NCBI GenBank assembly: GCA_963926265.1
Contig: CAWUWN010000006.1
Location: 13,268-77,267, forward strand
Direction: 5' to 3'
Length of the DNA: 64,000 nt
DNA from: an uncultured Burkholderiaceae bacterium
Lineage (GTDB): Bacteria; Pseudomonadota; Gammaproteobacteria; Burkholderiales; Burkholderiaceae_B
Part shown: positions 30,786 through 41,284 of the stretch, one piece after another
Layout: each line of letters starts with the position of its first letter
Numbering within the stretch: the stretch's first letter is position 1
Position numbers and translations under genes: made by a program
Notes under the pieces: model-generated
Told to the model about the DNA's origin: nothing
Database searches by the model: none
What the model saw: the letters and a program-made list of their open reading frames with translations, nothing else

Positions 30786-31961
30786 ATGATCATCAAATCC
30801 CTGCTCGACACTGACCTGTACAAGTTCACCATGATGCAAGTGGTGTTACACCACTTTCCTGCGGCACAGGTCGAATACCGCTACAAGTGCCGGACCCCTG
30901 GGATCAATTTGCAGCCTTATTTGGACGAAATCAGAGCTGAAATTCACAGTTTGTGTCAGTTGCGCTTTAGTGAGGATGAGCTTTCATATCTGGGTGACTT
31001 ACGTTTTATTAAAAGTGACTTTATCGACTTTCTGGGGCTTTTTCACTTGCCAGAAAAGTGCATCACGGTCACCGAAGGCGAGTTACCAGGAGAAATTGAT
31101 ATTCAAGTCAAAGGGTCTTGGCTGCACACGATTTTGTTCGAGATCCCAGTACTGGCAATTGTGAATGAAGTGTATTTTCGTCGTACGTGTACGGAGCCAG
31201 ACTGGGAAGAGGGCCGCAAAAGACTTCAAACCAAAATGAAGTTGGTGCTCGAAGCGACAGATCTTGACGATTTTAGAGTGGCCGAATACGGCACCAGACG
31301 TCGTTTCTCTCGTGAGTGGCATGAGGAAGTGGTCATCACCATGAAAGCCCAAATGGGAAAACATTTTGCGGGCACCAGCAATGTCTGGTTTGCCATGCGT
31401 CATGGTGTCTTACCGCTGGGCACGATGGCGCATGAGTATTTGCAAGCATGTCAGGCTCTCGGTCCACGTCTGCGTGATTCGCAGGTATTTGCCCTCGAGA
31501 TTTGGGCCAAGGAGTACCGGGGCGATCTAGGCATTGCCTTGTCGGACGTCTATGGCGTGGCTGCGTTTCTGCGTGACTTTGATATGTATTTCTGCAAGCT
31601 GTTTGATGGAGCACGCCATGATTCGGGTGACCCGTTTGATTGGGGAGAGCGCATGATTGCGCATTACAAAACTAATCGAGTAGACCCACGAACCAAGACA
31701 TTAATTTTTTCAGATGGGTTAACATTTCCACGTGCGATTGAGTTAACTCGACGCTTTGCTGAACGTTGTAAAACAGCCTTCGGTATCGGCACCAATCTCA
31801 CTAATGATTTAGGGCATGAGCCACTACAAATTGTCATGAAAATGGTGCGCTGTAATGGTCAGCCAGTTGCCAAAGTATCGGATGCCCCTGAAAAAACGAT
31901 GTGTGATGACAAGGCTTATCTCGCCTACCTCAGACAAGTTTTCGAACTCCCGCCAGCCTAA
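30786..31961 (+). CDS. pncB: Nicotinate phosphoribosyltransferase
   Basis: [42 protein letters not shown]. Confidence 0.96.
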   Translation: MIIKSLLDTDLYKFTMMQVVLHHFPAAQVEYRYKCRTPGINLQPYLDEIRAEIHSLCQLRFSEDELSYLGDLRFIKSDFIDFLGLFHLPEKCITVTEGELPGEIDIQVKGSWLHTILFEIPVLAIVNEVYFRRTCTEPDWEEGRKRLQTKMKLVLEATDLDDFRVAEYGTRRRFSREWHEEVVITMKAQMGKHFAGTSNVWFAMRHGVLPLGTMAHEYLQACQALGPRLRDSQVFALEIWAKEYRGDLGIALSDVYGVAAFLRDFDMYFCKLFDGARHDSGDPFDWGERMIAHYKTNRVDPRTKTLIFSDGLTFPRAIELTRRFAERCKTAFGIGTNLTNDLGHEPLQIVMKMVRCNGQPVAKVSDAPEKTMCDDKAYLAYLRQVFELPPA

Positions 31962-32013
31962 ATCGCCCAACTAATCGGTGCATAGAGCACCTCCCATTAT
32001 TTAAGGAATATCA

Positions 32014-32364
32014 ATGAGCAATATCAAGCGTGTAAATGTAGGGAAGCGCCTCTCCGACATGGCGGTTTATAACGGTGTAGCCTACTTAGCTGGGCAGGTA
32101 GCCAATGACACGACACAAAATGTGACGGGACAAACCACACAGGTATTGGCTGCAATTGACGCCTTACTCGCTGAGGCGGGGACTGATAAAACACGCATCT
32201 TGATGGCGCAGGTATTTGTAGCGAATATCGCCGAATACGATGGCATGAACGTTGCCTGGGAAGCCTGGGTGCCCGCTGGCCAAACTCCACCGCGTGCAAC
32301 GATCGAGGCACGCCTAGCGGGTCCGGACTACAAAGTAGAAATCGTTGTGACGGCAGCGGTATAA
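32014..32364 (+). CDS. Rid (YjgF/YER057c/UK114) family protein, YoaB-like
   Basis: RLSDMAVYNGVAYLAGQV, MNVAWEAW, PPRATIEA, VEIVVTAA. Confidence 0.88.
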   Translation: MSNIKRVNVGKRLSDMAVYNGVAYLAGQVANDTTQNVTGQTTQVLAAIDALLAEAGTDKTRILMAQVFVANIAEYDGMNVAWEAWVPAGQTPPRATIEARLAGPDYKVEIVVTAAV

Positions 32365-32390
32365 GCTGAGTCGATTTTTGGTGTGAAAGC

Positions 32391-34673
32391 TTGGTTTCGC
32401 CCGGGCAACAATCGCGAGTAGAGACCCTGGTCGTCCACATGACTGAAGACGAGCAGGCTTTGCTGCGTCGGGCAGTGCAGTGGGCGAGTCAGGCGCTGGG
32501 CGATCAGTGCACCCCCACAGGTGAGAGCCTGATCGACCATGCATTGGGTTCGGCCACAATATTGTCGCAAATGCAGGCTGGTTCTGCGACCTGCGCAGCC
32601 GCGCTTTTGGTGGCACCCTCAGAAATGTTGCAGCCTGATCTGCATCGGGGCAGACATAGCGATCCCATCAAGGAGCAGTTCGGTGCAGAAATTGCGCGAC
32701 TTGTGCAAGGCGCCCGGGAGCTGTTGCGTCTAAGCGGCATTGCGAGCGGTGCAACGGATGGCTTAGAGGATGCACCTTTACAAAAAGAAATGTTACGTAA
32801 GATGCTGCTCGCGATGGCCGCTGATTTGCGGATTGTGCTGCTGAGACTCGCCTCACGGCTGCAGACATTGCGTTGGCATGCGAATAGCAAAGTTCCTTGT
32901 CGACCTGACCTTGCTCGGGAAACCTTGGATCTTTACGCGCCCTTGGCTAACCGACTGGGTATCTGGCAGATTAAGTGGGAAATGGAGGATCTGGCGTTTC
33001 GCTTTACGGATCCTACCCATTACAAGGAGATCGCGGGCCTGCTCGAAGAAAAAAGAGCCGAACGTGAGCAATTCATTGCAGAAACGGTCGAGCAATTGAC
33101 TGCCGAACTTAAGAAAATGGATATTGCCGCCGACATCACTGGACGGCCTAAGCATATTTTTAGCATCTATAACAAGATGCGTAATAAGGGTATCGGTTTT
33201 GATGAGTTATTTGATGTGCGTGCGATGCGCATCATCGTGCAGTCCGAACGTGATTGTTACAACGCACTTGGTCTGGTTCACGAACTCTGGGTGCCGATCG
33301 TCGACGAGTTCGATGACTATATTTCGCGCCCCAAACCGAACGGTTACCGCTCACTGCATACAGTAGTCGCGGATACGAACGGTCGTCCGTTTGAGGTGCA
33401 GATCCGGACAGGCTCGATGCACGAATTTGCAGAGTTTGGGATGGCTGCGCATTGGCGTTACAAAGAAGGCCCGCGCTCAGGTCCGGGTGAGGCGACGGTT
33501 GCGGCGGTCCAATATGATCGTCAGTTAGCTTGGATGCGGCAATTGTTGGCGTGGAATACCGAGGCCGCTCAACAGCCGGGCGGCGGTGTCGGTACGACAG
33601 TGGCTTCTACGCTTGACTCGGGAACGGTGACTGAAAGGCGCTCATCCGTGCGATTGTCCAAGCCACACGAAGAGCGCATTTATGTCCTGTCTCCCCAGGC
33701 GCGCGTTGTCGAGCTGCCAACGGGGGCGACCGCTGTTGATTTTGCCTATCATTTGCACACAGATCTGGGGCACCGTTGCCGTGGTGCGCGCATCGATGGC
33801 CAGATGGTGCCGTTACAAACGCAATTACAAACGGGTCAGACCGTTGAGATTGTCACGACCAAGTCTGGAGGTCCCTCCCGTGATTGGATTAATCCCCAAC
33901 TTGGTTTTTTAGCGAGTCCTCGGGCTCGAGCCAAAGTGCGTGCGTGGTTTAACGCCATTGAGTTACAGCAGCGCATGACTCAAGGGCAGGCGTTAGTTGA
34001 AAAAGAGCTTCAGCGGCTCGGTAAAACAGCGGTAAATTTAGAGCATTTAGCACAACAGCTTGGCTTTGCCCAGGCGGATGACTTGTTTATCGCGGCGGCA
34101 AAAGAAGAGTTTAGTTTGCGTCAGATCGATGCGGTATTTCAGCCGGTCCAAGAGCCTTCTGAGCCGAGTCTTGAATCGCTTGTTTTGCATGCGTCGCGAG
34201 GGGACCGGGGTGGTACCCAAGGAAAAAGTGGTGTGTTGGTCGTTGGGGTTGATTCTTTGATGACGCAGTTGGCGAGGTGTTGCAGGCCCGCACCGCCTGA
34301 TGTGATTTCGGGATTTGTGACGCGGGGGCGCGGAGTGTCGATTCACCGCGCCGATTGTGCCAGCTTTGGGGCGCTGAAAGTCCGGCAGCCCGAGCGCGCT
34401 ATAGACGTGACGTGGGGGCATGAGCAGGGACAGTCCCTTTACCCAGTCGACTTATACGTACAAGCTCAGGATCGTGCAGGCTTGTTGCGTGACTTGTCCG
34501 AAGTTTTTGCCCGGTTACGTCTGAATGTGACTGGGGTCAATACCCACACCAAGGCAGCAATGGCTCATATGTCCTTTACAGTTGAGATTCGGGATGGCGA
34601 AGAGTTACAGCGTGTTTTGCTGGCGTTGCGGGATATTGATGGTGTGCTCACAGCAGAGAGACGGTTAGTCTAA
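32391..34673 (+). CDS. relA: (p)ppGpp synthetase RelA
   Basis: Degenerate HD domain, GRPKHIFSI, EFDDY..PKPNGYRSLHT, EVQIRT, TGS, ARCC Zn finger, ACT; true start uncertain (TTG 32391 or ATG 32439). Confidence 0.93.
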   Translation: MVSPGQQSRVETLVVHMTEDEQALLRRAVQWASQALGDQCTPTGESLIDHALGSATILSQMQAGSATCAAALLVAPSEMLQPDLHRGRHSDPIKEQFGAEIARLVQGARELLRLSGIASGATDGLEDAPLQKEMLRKMLLAMAADLRIVLLRLASRLQTLRWHANSKVPCRPDLARETLDLYAPLANRLGIWQIKWEMEDLAFRFTDPTHYKEIAGLLEEKRAEREQFIAETVEQLTAELKKMDIAADITGRPKHIFSIYNKMRNKGIGFDELFDVRAMRIIVQSERDCYNALGLVHELWVPIVDEFDDYISRPKPNGYRSLHTVVADTNGRPFEVQIRTGSMHEFAEFGMAAHWRYKEGPRSGPGEATVAAVQYDRQLAWMRQLLAWNTEAAQQPGGGVGTTVASTLDSGTVTERRSSVRLSKPHEERIYVLSPQARVVELPTGATAVDFAYHLHTDLGHRCRGARIDGQMVPLQTQLQTGQTVEIVTTKSGGPSRDWINPQLGFLASPRARAKVRAWFNAIELQQRMTQGQALVEKELQRLGKTAVNLEHLAQQLGFAQADDLFIAAAKEEFSLRQIDAVFQPVQEPSEPSLESLVLHASRGDRGGTQGKSGVLVVGVDSLMTQLARCCRPAPPDVISGFVTRGRGVSIHRADCASFGALKVRQPERAIDVTWGHEQGQSLYPVDLYVQAQDRAGLLRDLSEVFARLRLNVTGVNTHTKAAMAHMSFTVEIRDGEELQRVLLALRDIDGVLTAERRLV

Positions 34674-34820
34674 ATTTTAACTTTTGCGAGTTGTGTGGTG
34701 CCAATTGAGGGATTGCCTGCGGCTTTTCCTGTGACACACTGGTAAAATCAACGTTTAAATTAGTTTACGCACTTGGCATATTTTTGCCGGTGTAGCTCGG
34801 TCTGATCAGGAGATCCGGTC

Positions 34821-36020
34821 ATGAAACCTTATGACTTCCCCGATGCCAAAGGGCATTTTGGTCCTTACGGCGGTGTGTTTGCTGCAGAAACTCTCATGCA
34901 GGCGATTGAAGAGTTGCGTTTGTCCTATGACAAATATCGTAACGACCCTGAATTTCTGGCCGAGTTTGAGTACGAACTCAAGCACTTTGTGGGTCGTCCG
35001 ACGCCGGTCTATCACGCACGTCGTTGGTCAGATGAGCTCGGTGGTGCGCAGATTTGGTTTAAACGCGAAGATTTGAACCACACAGGTGCTCACAAGATTA
35101 ACAACAGTTTGGGCCAAGCTTTGCTTGCGCGCAGAATGGGTAAGCGCCGGATCATCGCTGAAACTGGCGCAGGTCAACATGGTGTGGCGACTGCGACGGT
35201 TTGTGCGCGTTACGGCATGGAATGTGTGGTTTATATGGGTAGCGAAGACGTGAAGCGTCAATCCCCTAATGTCTTTCGCATGAAGTTACTCGGTGCGACC
35301 GTGGTACCGGTTGAATCAGGCTCCAAGACACTCAAGGATGCGCTTAACGAAGCCATGCGCGACTGGGTCACCAATGTGGACGATACGTTTTACATCATTG
35401 GAACTGTGGCTGGACCACATCCATACCCGATGATGGTGCGCAACTTTCACTCAGTGATTGGTCAGGAGTCGATTGAGCAAATGCCGCTGTACGCCGGACG
35501 ACAGCCAGATTACGTGTTGGCTTGCGTAGGGGGCGGTTCAAACGCGATGGGTATTTTTCATCCCTACATTCCATTTGAAAATACCAAACTGGTGGGCGTC
35601 GAAGCCGCCGGTGAGGGTGTTGAAACAGGCAAGCATTCTGCTTCGTTAACGGCTGGGCGTGTCGGTGTGTTACATGGCAACCGTACCTATGTGTTGCAAG
35701 ACGAAAACGGCCAAGTTGCAGAGACACATTCTGTCTCTGCCGGATTGGACTATCCCGGCGTCGGACCTGAACATGCGTGGCTCAAGGACAGCGGTCGTGC
35801 GTCTTATGTCAGCGTGACAGATGACGAAGCACTTGCGAGTTTTCATCACTGCTGTCAGATCGAAGGCATTATTCCTGCTCTCGAGACATCACATGCGCTA
35901 GCGTACGCTGCAAAGCTTGCCCCCACTCTGTCAAAGGATCAAGTGATCTTGGTGAACTTGTCAGGACGTGGCGACAAGGACATCAACACAGTCGCACAGC
36001 GTGCAGGCATGGTGCTCTAA
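34821..36020 (+). CDS. trpB: Tryptophan synthase beta chain
   Basis: [48 protein letters not shown]; SD AGGAG 34808-34812. Confidence 0.99.
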   Translation: MKPYDFPDAKGHFGPYGGVFAAETLMQAIEELRLSYDKYRNDPEFLAEFEYELKHFVGRPTPVYHARRWSDELGGAQIWFKREDLNHTGAHKINNSLGQALLARRMGKRRIIAETGAGQHGVATATVCARYGMECVVYMGSEDVKRQSPNVFRMKLLGATVVPVESGSKTLKDALNEAMRDWVTNVDDTFYIIGTVAGPHPYPMMVRNFHSVIGQESIEQMPLYAGRQPDYVLACVGGGSNAMGIFHPYIPFENTKLVGVEAAGEGVETGKHSASLTAGRVGVLHGNRTYVLQDENGQVAETHSVSAGLDYPGVGPEHAWLKDSGRASYVSVTDDEALASFHHCCQIEGIIPALETSHALAYAAKLAPTLSKDQVILVNLSGRGDKDINTVAQRAGMVL

Positions 36021-36044
36021 AGTTTTAAAGGTTTTTAGATAAAT

Positions 36045-36902
36045 ATGGCTCAACACACAGATCGCATCGCCGCAGCATTCGACCGGGCTGCACAACAGCA
36101 GCGGGCGGCGCTGATTCCCTACATCGCTGCAGGCAATCCTTTGCCTGAGTCAACGGTGCCCTTGATGCATGCATTGGTCAAGGCGGGTGCCGATGTGATC
36201 GAGCTCGGTATTCCTTTTTCCGATCCCATGGCGGATGGCCCCGTGATTCAGCGTGCTGCAGAACATGCGATTGCGCAAGGCATTGGACTTAAGCGTGTGT
36301 TGGAGATGGTTGCTGAGTTTCGTCAACAAGATCAGGTCACGCCGATTGTGTTGATGGGCTATGCCAATCCAATTGAAAACATTGGACAACAAGTTTTTGC
36401 TGAACAGGCGGAAAAAGTGGGTGTGGATGGGTTGTTGACCGTAGACTACCCGCCCGAAGAGATCGATGATTTTGTAGGCTTACTTAACAAGCATCACATT
36501 GCACCAATTTTTTTGTTGGCCCCGACTTCTACTGAGAAACGTATCCAAGCTGTTGGCAAAATTGCCCGAGGTTATGTTTACTATGTCTCACTCAATGGTG
36601 TAACGGGTGCGGGCAATCTTGATACTGCTGATGTCGCTATGAGACTAAAGGGCATTCGACAACATGTCGCATTGCCAGTTGGCGTGGGCTTTGGTATCAG
36701 TGACGCAAAAAGTGCGCAGAGTATTAGTCTGGTAGCGGACGCCGTTGTGATTGGCAGTAAGCTCATCGATACTATGACGAAAGCCTCCTCAGGTTTGCCA
36801 AAAGACCAACAGTCCCAAGCTGCAATTGAAGCTGGTGCGAGTTGGTTAGCAGGTATTCGTCAGGCGATTGATGTCGCGCGTCACACAGAGAGTTTGAAAT
36901 GA
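36045..36902 (+). CDS. trpA: Tryptophan synthase alpha chain
   Basis: [42 protein letters not shown]. Confidence 0.98.
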   Translation: MAQHTDRIAAAFDRAAQQQRAALIPYIAAGNPLPESTVPLMHALVKAGADVIELGIPFSDPMADGPVIQRAAEHAIAQGIGLKRVLEMVAEFRQQDQVTPIVLMGYANPIENIGQQVFAEQAEKVGVDGLLTVDYPPEEIDDFVGLLNKHHIAPIFLLAPTSTEKRIQAVGKIARGYVYYVSLNGVTGAGNLDTADVAMRLKGIRQHVALPVGVGFGISDAKSAQSISLVADAVVIGSKLIDTMTKASSGLPKDQQSQAAIEAGASWLAGIRQAIDVARHTESLK

Positions 36903-37783
36903 GTTGGCTTGGCAAGCTCCTTCCCCCTCGCATTAACAAAACGGTCTCACCGGAAACTGTAACTAAGCGTGTACCTGAAGGTATCTGGGTCAAGTGCCCG
37001 TCCTGCGAGTCGGTGCTGTACAACGAAGATCTTGCTGCCAATCTGCATGTTTGTCCAAAGTGTGATCACCACATGAGGATCGGATCGCGTGCGCGTATCG
37101 AGTCTCTCCTTGATATCGAAGGTCGCGTGGAGATTGGTTCCAATACACGCTCAATGGATCCGTTGAAGTTCAAAGATTCCCGCAAATATCCCGAGCGCAT
37201 ACAAGAGGCTGTCCGTCAGACAGGTGAAACCGATGCACTCGTGGTGGTGAGCGGTGCGATCCGCAGTGTTCCATGCGTATTGGCGTGTTTTGAGTTTGAG
37301 TTCATGGGTGGCTCGATGGGGTCTGTTGTTGGCGAGCGTTTTGTGTTGGGCGTTCAGGCCGCCATTAAGAACAAGGTACCCTTTATTTGTGTCGCTGCTT
37401 CAGGTGGTGCACGCATGCAGGAAAGTTTGTTTTCTCTCATGCAGATGGCTAAAACCAATGCGATGCTGACTCGGTTGGCACAAGCTAAGCTTCCATTTAT
37501 TAGCGTGCTGACTGATCCCACTATGGGTGGTGTCTCAGCAAGCTTTGCCTTTATGGGCGATGTTGTGATTGGCGAACCAAAAGCGTTGATTGGTTTTGCT
37601 GGGCCACGTGTGATTGAGCAGACTGTCCGCGAAAAGTTGCCCGAAGGATTTCAGCGTTCGGAGTTCTTGCAGCAAAAGGGTGCGATTGATATGGTGCTGG
37701 ATCGCCGTCAATTGAGCGAGGAGCTTGCCCGATTGATGGCGATTATGACGAATCAAGCTTTTGAGAGCGTTGCTGTCGCTTAA
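36899..37783 (+). CDS. accD: Acetyl-CoA carboxylase carboxyltransferase beta subunit
   Basis: CPSC/CPKC Zn finger, [34 protein letters not shown]. Confidence 0.98.
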   Translation: MSWLGKLLPPRINKTVSPETVTKRVPEGIWVKCPSCESVLYNEDLAANLHVCPKCDHHMRIGSRARIESLLDIEGRVEIGSNTRSMDPLKFKDSRKYPERIQEAVRQTGETDALVVVSGAIRSVPCVLACFEFEFMGGSMGSVVGERFVLGVQAAIKNKVPFICVAASGGARMQESLFSLMQMAKTNAMLTRLAQAKLPFISVLTDPTMGGVSASFAFMGDVVIGEPKALIGFAGPRVIEQTVREKLPEGFQRSEFLQQKGAIDMVLDRRQLSEELARLMAIMTNQAFESVAVA

Positions 37784-37795
37784 GTCAGATTGAGT

Positions 37796-37839
37796 AAAAA
37801 AAAACGGCGTGTCAACTTAGTTGACGCGCCGTTTTTTTT
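37796..37839. terminator. Bidirectional intrinsic terminator between convergent accD and rne
   Basis: A-run + CGGCGTGTCAAC-TTA-GTTGACGCGCCG + T-run. Confidence 0.9.
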
Positions 37840-37851
37840 ACTGCGTTGAGT

Positions 37852-40662
37852 TTAACGACTTGTTTCTACCTGAACCAATGGCTCACTGGATACTACAGCA
37901 CGCGGCTTAGGCTCACGACCAAGCTTGGTGGGTATAAAGTGTTGATTCGCTATGGCTTGTGCGACACAAGCTGGATTGCTTTCTATCCATTGCAGGCCTG
38001 CCATTTTTACGATGGCATGCAAGGTAGCGGTGTCTGCACGTGGAGCGGCAGGTGCCACAACCGGGGCAGCAACAGTCGCAGCAACAGCCTGAACGGGAGT
38101 TTCTACAACCTGTACTGCTGCAGGAACTGCTAGAGGCGCTGTGGCGATGATTGGCGCGACTTCTGTATGCACAGAAGCTGCAGGAGCAGGAGCAGGGGCA
38201 GAAACAGCTGGAGCCACAGTGGTTGAAACCGGAGCTGCAACAGGTACGACAACAGGTGCCTCAATCACGGGTGCTACAGTCGTCTCAGCAAGCGCCGGGG
38301 TAGGCGTTGTATGTGCAACGTAGTTGACTGGGGCGCTAGAGAGGGCGGTGCTGGACACATGCTCAAAGCTTTCGCTTCCTGGAGCTTGGTCTTCGCGTCC
38401 CTCTTGGTTGCTGCCTTCGTCTGCACCACGGCGACCACGACGGCTGCGACGGCGACGACGCTTACGCTCTGGATCAGTCTGATCCAACTCGTCTTCGCCT
38501 AAGCCTTGAGCATCCAAACCATTTTGCAGATTTGCTTGATCGTCCGATACGTTGTTTGGCACAACTGGCGGGCGAGGTGCTTGAGTGCGACGCTCGGATG
38601 GCGCAGCAGCGTCGTCCGTTTGGTTGGTTGTGATCGCACCGTCAGTCTGTTCACGCACGTCCGTGCCGTCTTCACGACGGTTGCGACTGCGACCACGACG
38701 ATTACGGTTGCCACGTGGGTTGTCATCGCCTTGGTCACCTGTCTCAGTACGCGCTTGGGTTGTACGATCTGAACGATCGTCCGTCTTGGGTGCTCGGCGG
38801 TTGTCTGGCGATACTGCGGAGGACTCGTCCGATGCGGAACGGCCTTCGCCACGATTGTCTGGACGACGACTACGACCTCCGCGATTTCCATTGCGTCGGT
38901 CTCCTTGTGAGCGTCCTCGCTCACGTGAATCAGTAGGCTTAGGAGCTTCCTCTTTTTTATCGGTAGTAGAAGAGCCTGACAACCAACTAAAGAAACGCGA
39001 AAACAAGCCAGGTGACGATTGCGCAGCTTTTTTGGCAGGTGTCGATGACACAGGCGCAGGTTTCGCAGGAGTGATACCTTTGACCAAAGCTTCGGGTTTG
39101 GTTTTAATTTCCTGCTCTTTTGGTGCCCAACTCATGTCAGTCGATGGCGCATCCACTAAATCAAAGCTGGTCTTGATGTCTTCAAGACGTGGATCGTCAT
39201 GACGCAGACGTTCGATGTGGTGATGTGGCGTTTCAAGATGACGATTGGGAATCAGAATCAAGTTGACCTTGAGGCGAGTCTCAATCTTGGTGATGTCAGA
39301 GCGCTTTTCGTTTAGCAAGAAGGTCGCCACATCAACAGGCACTTGTGCATGCACTGCTGCAGTGTTTTCCTTCATGGCTTCTTCTTGGAGCAGACGCAAG
39401 ACTTGCAGCGCGCTCGACTCGGCATCGCGGATCACGCCTGTGCCATTACAGCGTGGGCAAGTGATGTGCGAACCTTCATTCAGGGCTGGACGCAGACGCT
39501 GACGTGAAAGTTCCATCAGACCAAAACGCGAAATCTTGCCCATTTGGACACGTGCACGATCAAAATGCAGTGCGTCGCGCAGACGATTTTCAACCGCACG
39601 CTGATTTTTGGTGTCTTCCATGTCGATGAAGTCGATCACGATCAGACCACCCAAGTCGCGCAGTCGCAATTGGCGCGCGACTTCGTCGGCAGCCTCTTGG
39701 TTGGTGCGCAGCGCTGTTTCCTCGATATCAGCGCCACGGGTGGCGCGTGCCGAGTTGACGTCGACCGCAACCAAGGCTTCGGTGTGATCGATCACAACCG
39801 AACCGCCCGAAGGCAGTTCAACAGTGCGTGAGTACGCAGTTTCAATCTGGTGTTCGATCTGGAAGCGTGAGAACAGCGGCACATCGTCGCGGTAGCGTTT
39901 GACGCGCTCGACGTTGTCGGGCATCACGACACTCATAAAGGCTGTTGCCTGATCGGCGATGTCGTCCGTATCGATCAAAATTTCACCGATATCGGGTGAG
40001 AAATAATCACGAATCGCACGAATCACTAGACTCGATTCAAGATAAATCAGAATCGGAGCGGGATTGTCTTTGGCTGCACCATCAATCGCTGTCCAAAGCT
40101 GCATGAGATAGGACATGTCCCACTGTAGTTCTTCGGCATTGCGACCAATACCAGCCGTACGGGCAATGATGCTCATGCCAGGTGGAATTGTCAGCTGATC
40201 CATCGCTTCGCGAAGCTCTTGACGCTCTTCACCCTCAGCGCGGCGCGAAACACCGCCGCCACGAGGGTTGTTAGGCATCAGGACTAAGTAGCGGCCAGCA
40301 AGAGAGATAAAGGTTGTGAGTGCTGCACCTTTGTTGCCGCGTTCTTCTTTTTCAACTTGAACGATGAGTTCTTGACCTTCGCGCAACGCATCTTGAATGC
40401 GTGCGCTGCGGACGTCTACGCCTTCTTTGAAATAGCTACGGGCGATTTCTTTGAAGGGTAAGAAGCCGTGACGGTCTTCGCCGTAATTGACAAAGCAAGC
40501 TTCAAGACCTGGCTCGATGCGTGTGATGACACCTTTGTAGATGTTGCCTTTACGCTGTTCGCGTCCGGCGATTTCGATATCGAGGTCGATGAGTTTTTGC
40601 CCATCAACGATTGCAACGCGCAGTTCTTCTTGGTGCGTCGCGTTAAACAGCATGCGCTTCAT
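37852..40662 (-). CDS. rne: Ribonuclease E
   Basis: KGNIYKG S1 domain, VDVNS, IDFIDM, CPRCNG Zn link, amphipathic membrane-targeting GLFSRFFSWL, Arg-rich segments, long disordered CTD. Confidence 0.98.
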   Translation of the reverse strand: MKRMLFNATHQEELRVAIVDGQKLIDLDIEIAGREQRKGNIYKGVITRIEPGLEACFVNYGEDRHGFLPFKEIARSYFKEGVDVRSARIQDALREGQELIVQVEKEERGNKGAALTTFISLAGRYLVLMPNNPRGGGVSRRAEGEERQELREAMDQLTIPPGMSIIARTAGIGRNAEELQWDMSYLMQLWTAIDGAAKDNPAPILIYLESSLVIRAIRDYFSPDIGEILIDTDDIADQATAFMSVVMPDNVERVKRYRDDVPLFSRFQIEHQIETAYSRTVELPSGGSVVIDHTEALVAVDVNSARATRGADIEETALRTNQEAADEVARQLRLRDLGGLIVIDFIDMEDTKNQRAVENRLRDALHFDRARVQMGKISRFGLMELSRQRLRPALNEGSHITCPRCNGTGVIRDAESSALQVLRLLQEEAMKENTAAVHAQVPVDVATFLLNEKRSDITKIETRLKVNLILIPNRHLETPHHHIERLRHDDPRLEDIKTSFDLVDAPSTDMSWAPKEQEIKTKPEALVKGITPAKPAPVSSTPAKKAAQSSPGLFSRFFSWLSGSSTTDKKEEAPKPTDSRERGRSQGDRRNGNRGGRSRRPDNRGEGRSASDESSAVSPDNRRAPKTDDRSDRTTQARTETGDQGDDNPRGNRNRRGRSRNRREDGTDVREQTDGAITTNQTDDAAAPSERRTQAPRPPVVPNNVSDDQANLQNGLDAQGLGEDELDQTDPERKRRRRRSRRGRRGADEGSNQEGREDQAPGSESFEHVSSTALSSAPVNYVAHTTPTPALAETTVAPVIEAPVVVPVAAPVSTTVAPAVSAPAPAPAASVHTEVAPIIATAPLAVPAAVQVVETPVQAVAATVAAPVVAPAAPRADTATLHAIVKMAGLQWIESNPACVAQAIANQHFIPTKLGREPKPRAVVSSEPLVQVETSR

Positions 40663-41284
40663 GAGAGAGTTTCTCCATTTAAATGGCGCGCCGAAATCGA
40701 CGCGCAGCCACGCGTTGTTGGCTGCGAAACACTGAAGCAGGCAAAGAGGACGCGCGCCCTGAAGGGGCGTGCGAAGAAAAGGTCTTTAGACCAGCACGAT
40801 ACGCCCTGAGGCGCAGGGTTCATTCAGCAGGAGGGTCAGAGTCACAAGAGTAATTGACAAAAGTGGTTGACTTAAAAAGTTGCTGAGAACATCAGGCGGA
40901 TATGTGTCAAACGCCTGGTGCAGGGATACGACGGTTTCTTACTTTTAATCTTGCTCTTAATTCAGTATTGCGCGCGGCACGAAGAAGGGTACACATCTCA
41001 GGCGCGGGCGAAACGTTAAAACGTCGCAACAACGTGCCTGAAGTGCATCCCAGTCTAGCCGATGACCAGCAACCCAGAGGGCAAGTAAGCAAGCGGTACA
41101 ATACAGAAATGTAGTGCAGTGCGCGATCCCGACGGAGACGCAACTATGCGTTGCATCTCAACGAAGGAGGGTGTTGTAATCCCACAGGTCGGTTGCTTTA
41201 TAAAAAAGCGATCTCCTTCAAGGCTTTACATCCCAGCTTTCTTAACCCTTTTAAGGCTTGCTTAATTATAAGCCGCTTTTGCTG
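40663..41284. promoter_or_regulatory. Long structured rne/rluC intergenic region (probable rne 5' UTR)
   Basis: 622 nt with no convincing gene; hairpins at 40703-40726, 40751-40773, 40804-40818, 40891-40919, 40976-41038, 41135-41159. Confidence 0.55.

Noticed and set aside
34684-34734. Mini-ORF with one Trp codon upstream of trpB (possible attenuator peptide)
   Set aside because: Single Trp, TTG start, no SD, no terminator/antiterminator pair, and it lies upstream of the likely -10
34786-34820. Functional tRNA gene
   Set aside because: Only the first 13 nt are tRNA-like; no anticodon arm, TTC loop or CCA. Kept only as a low-confidence finding
38585-39202. 205-aa Ser/Arg-rich ORF antisense to rne, and similar long antisense ORFs in mfd, smc, relA and fabD
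   Set aside because: Opposite-strand shadows of well-supported genes; no recognisable motifs or SD
40902-41143. 70-78 aa ORFs inside the rne/rluC intergenic region
   Set aside because: No SD or homology cues; better explained as structured UTR; ribosome profiling would be needed
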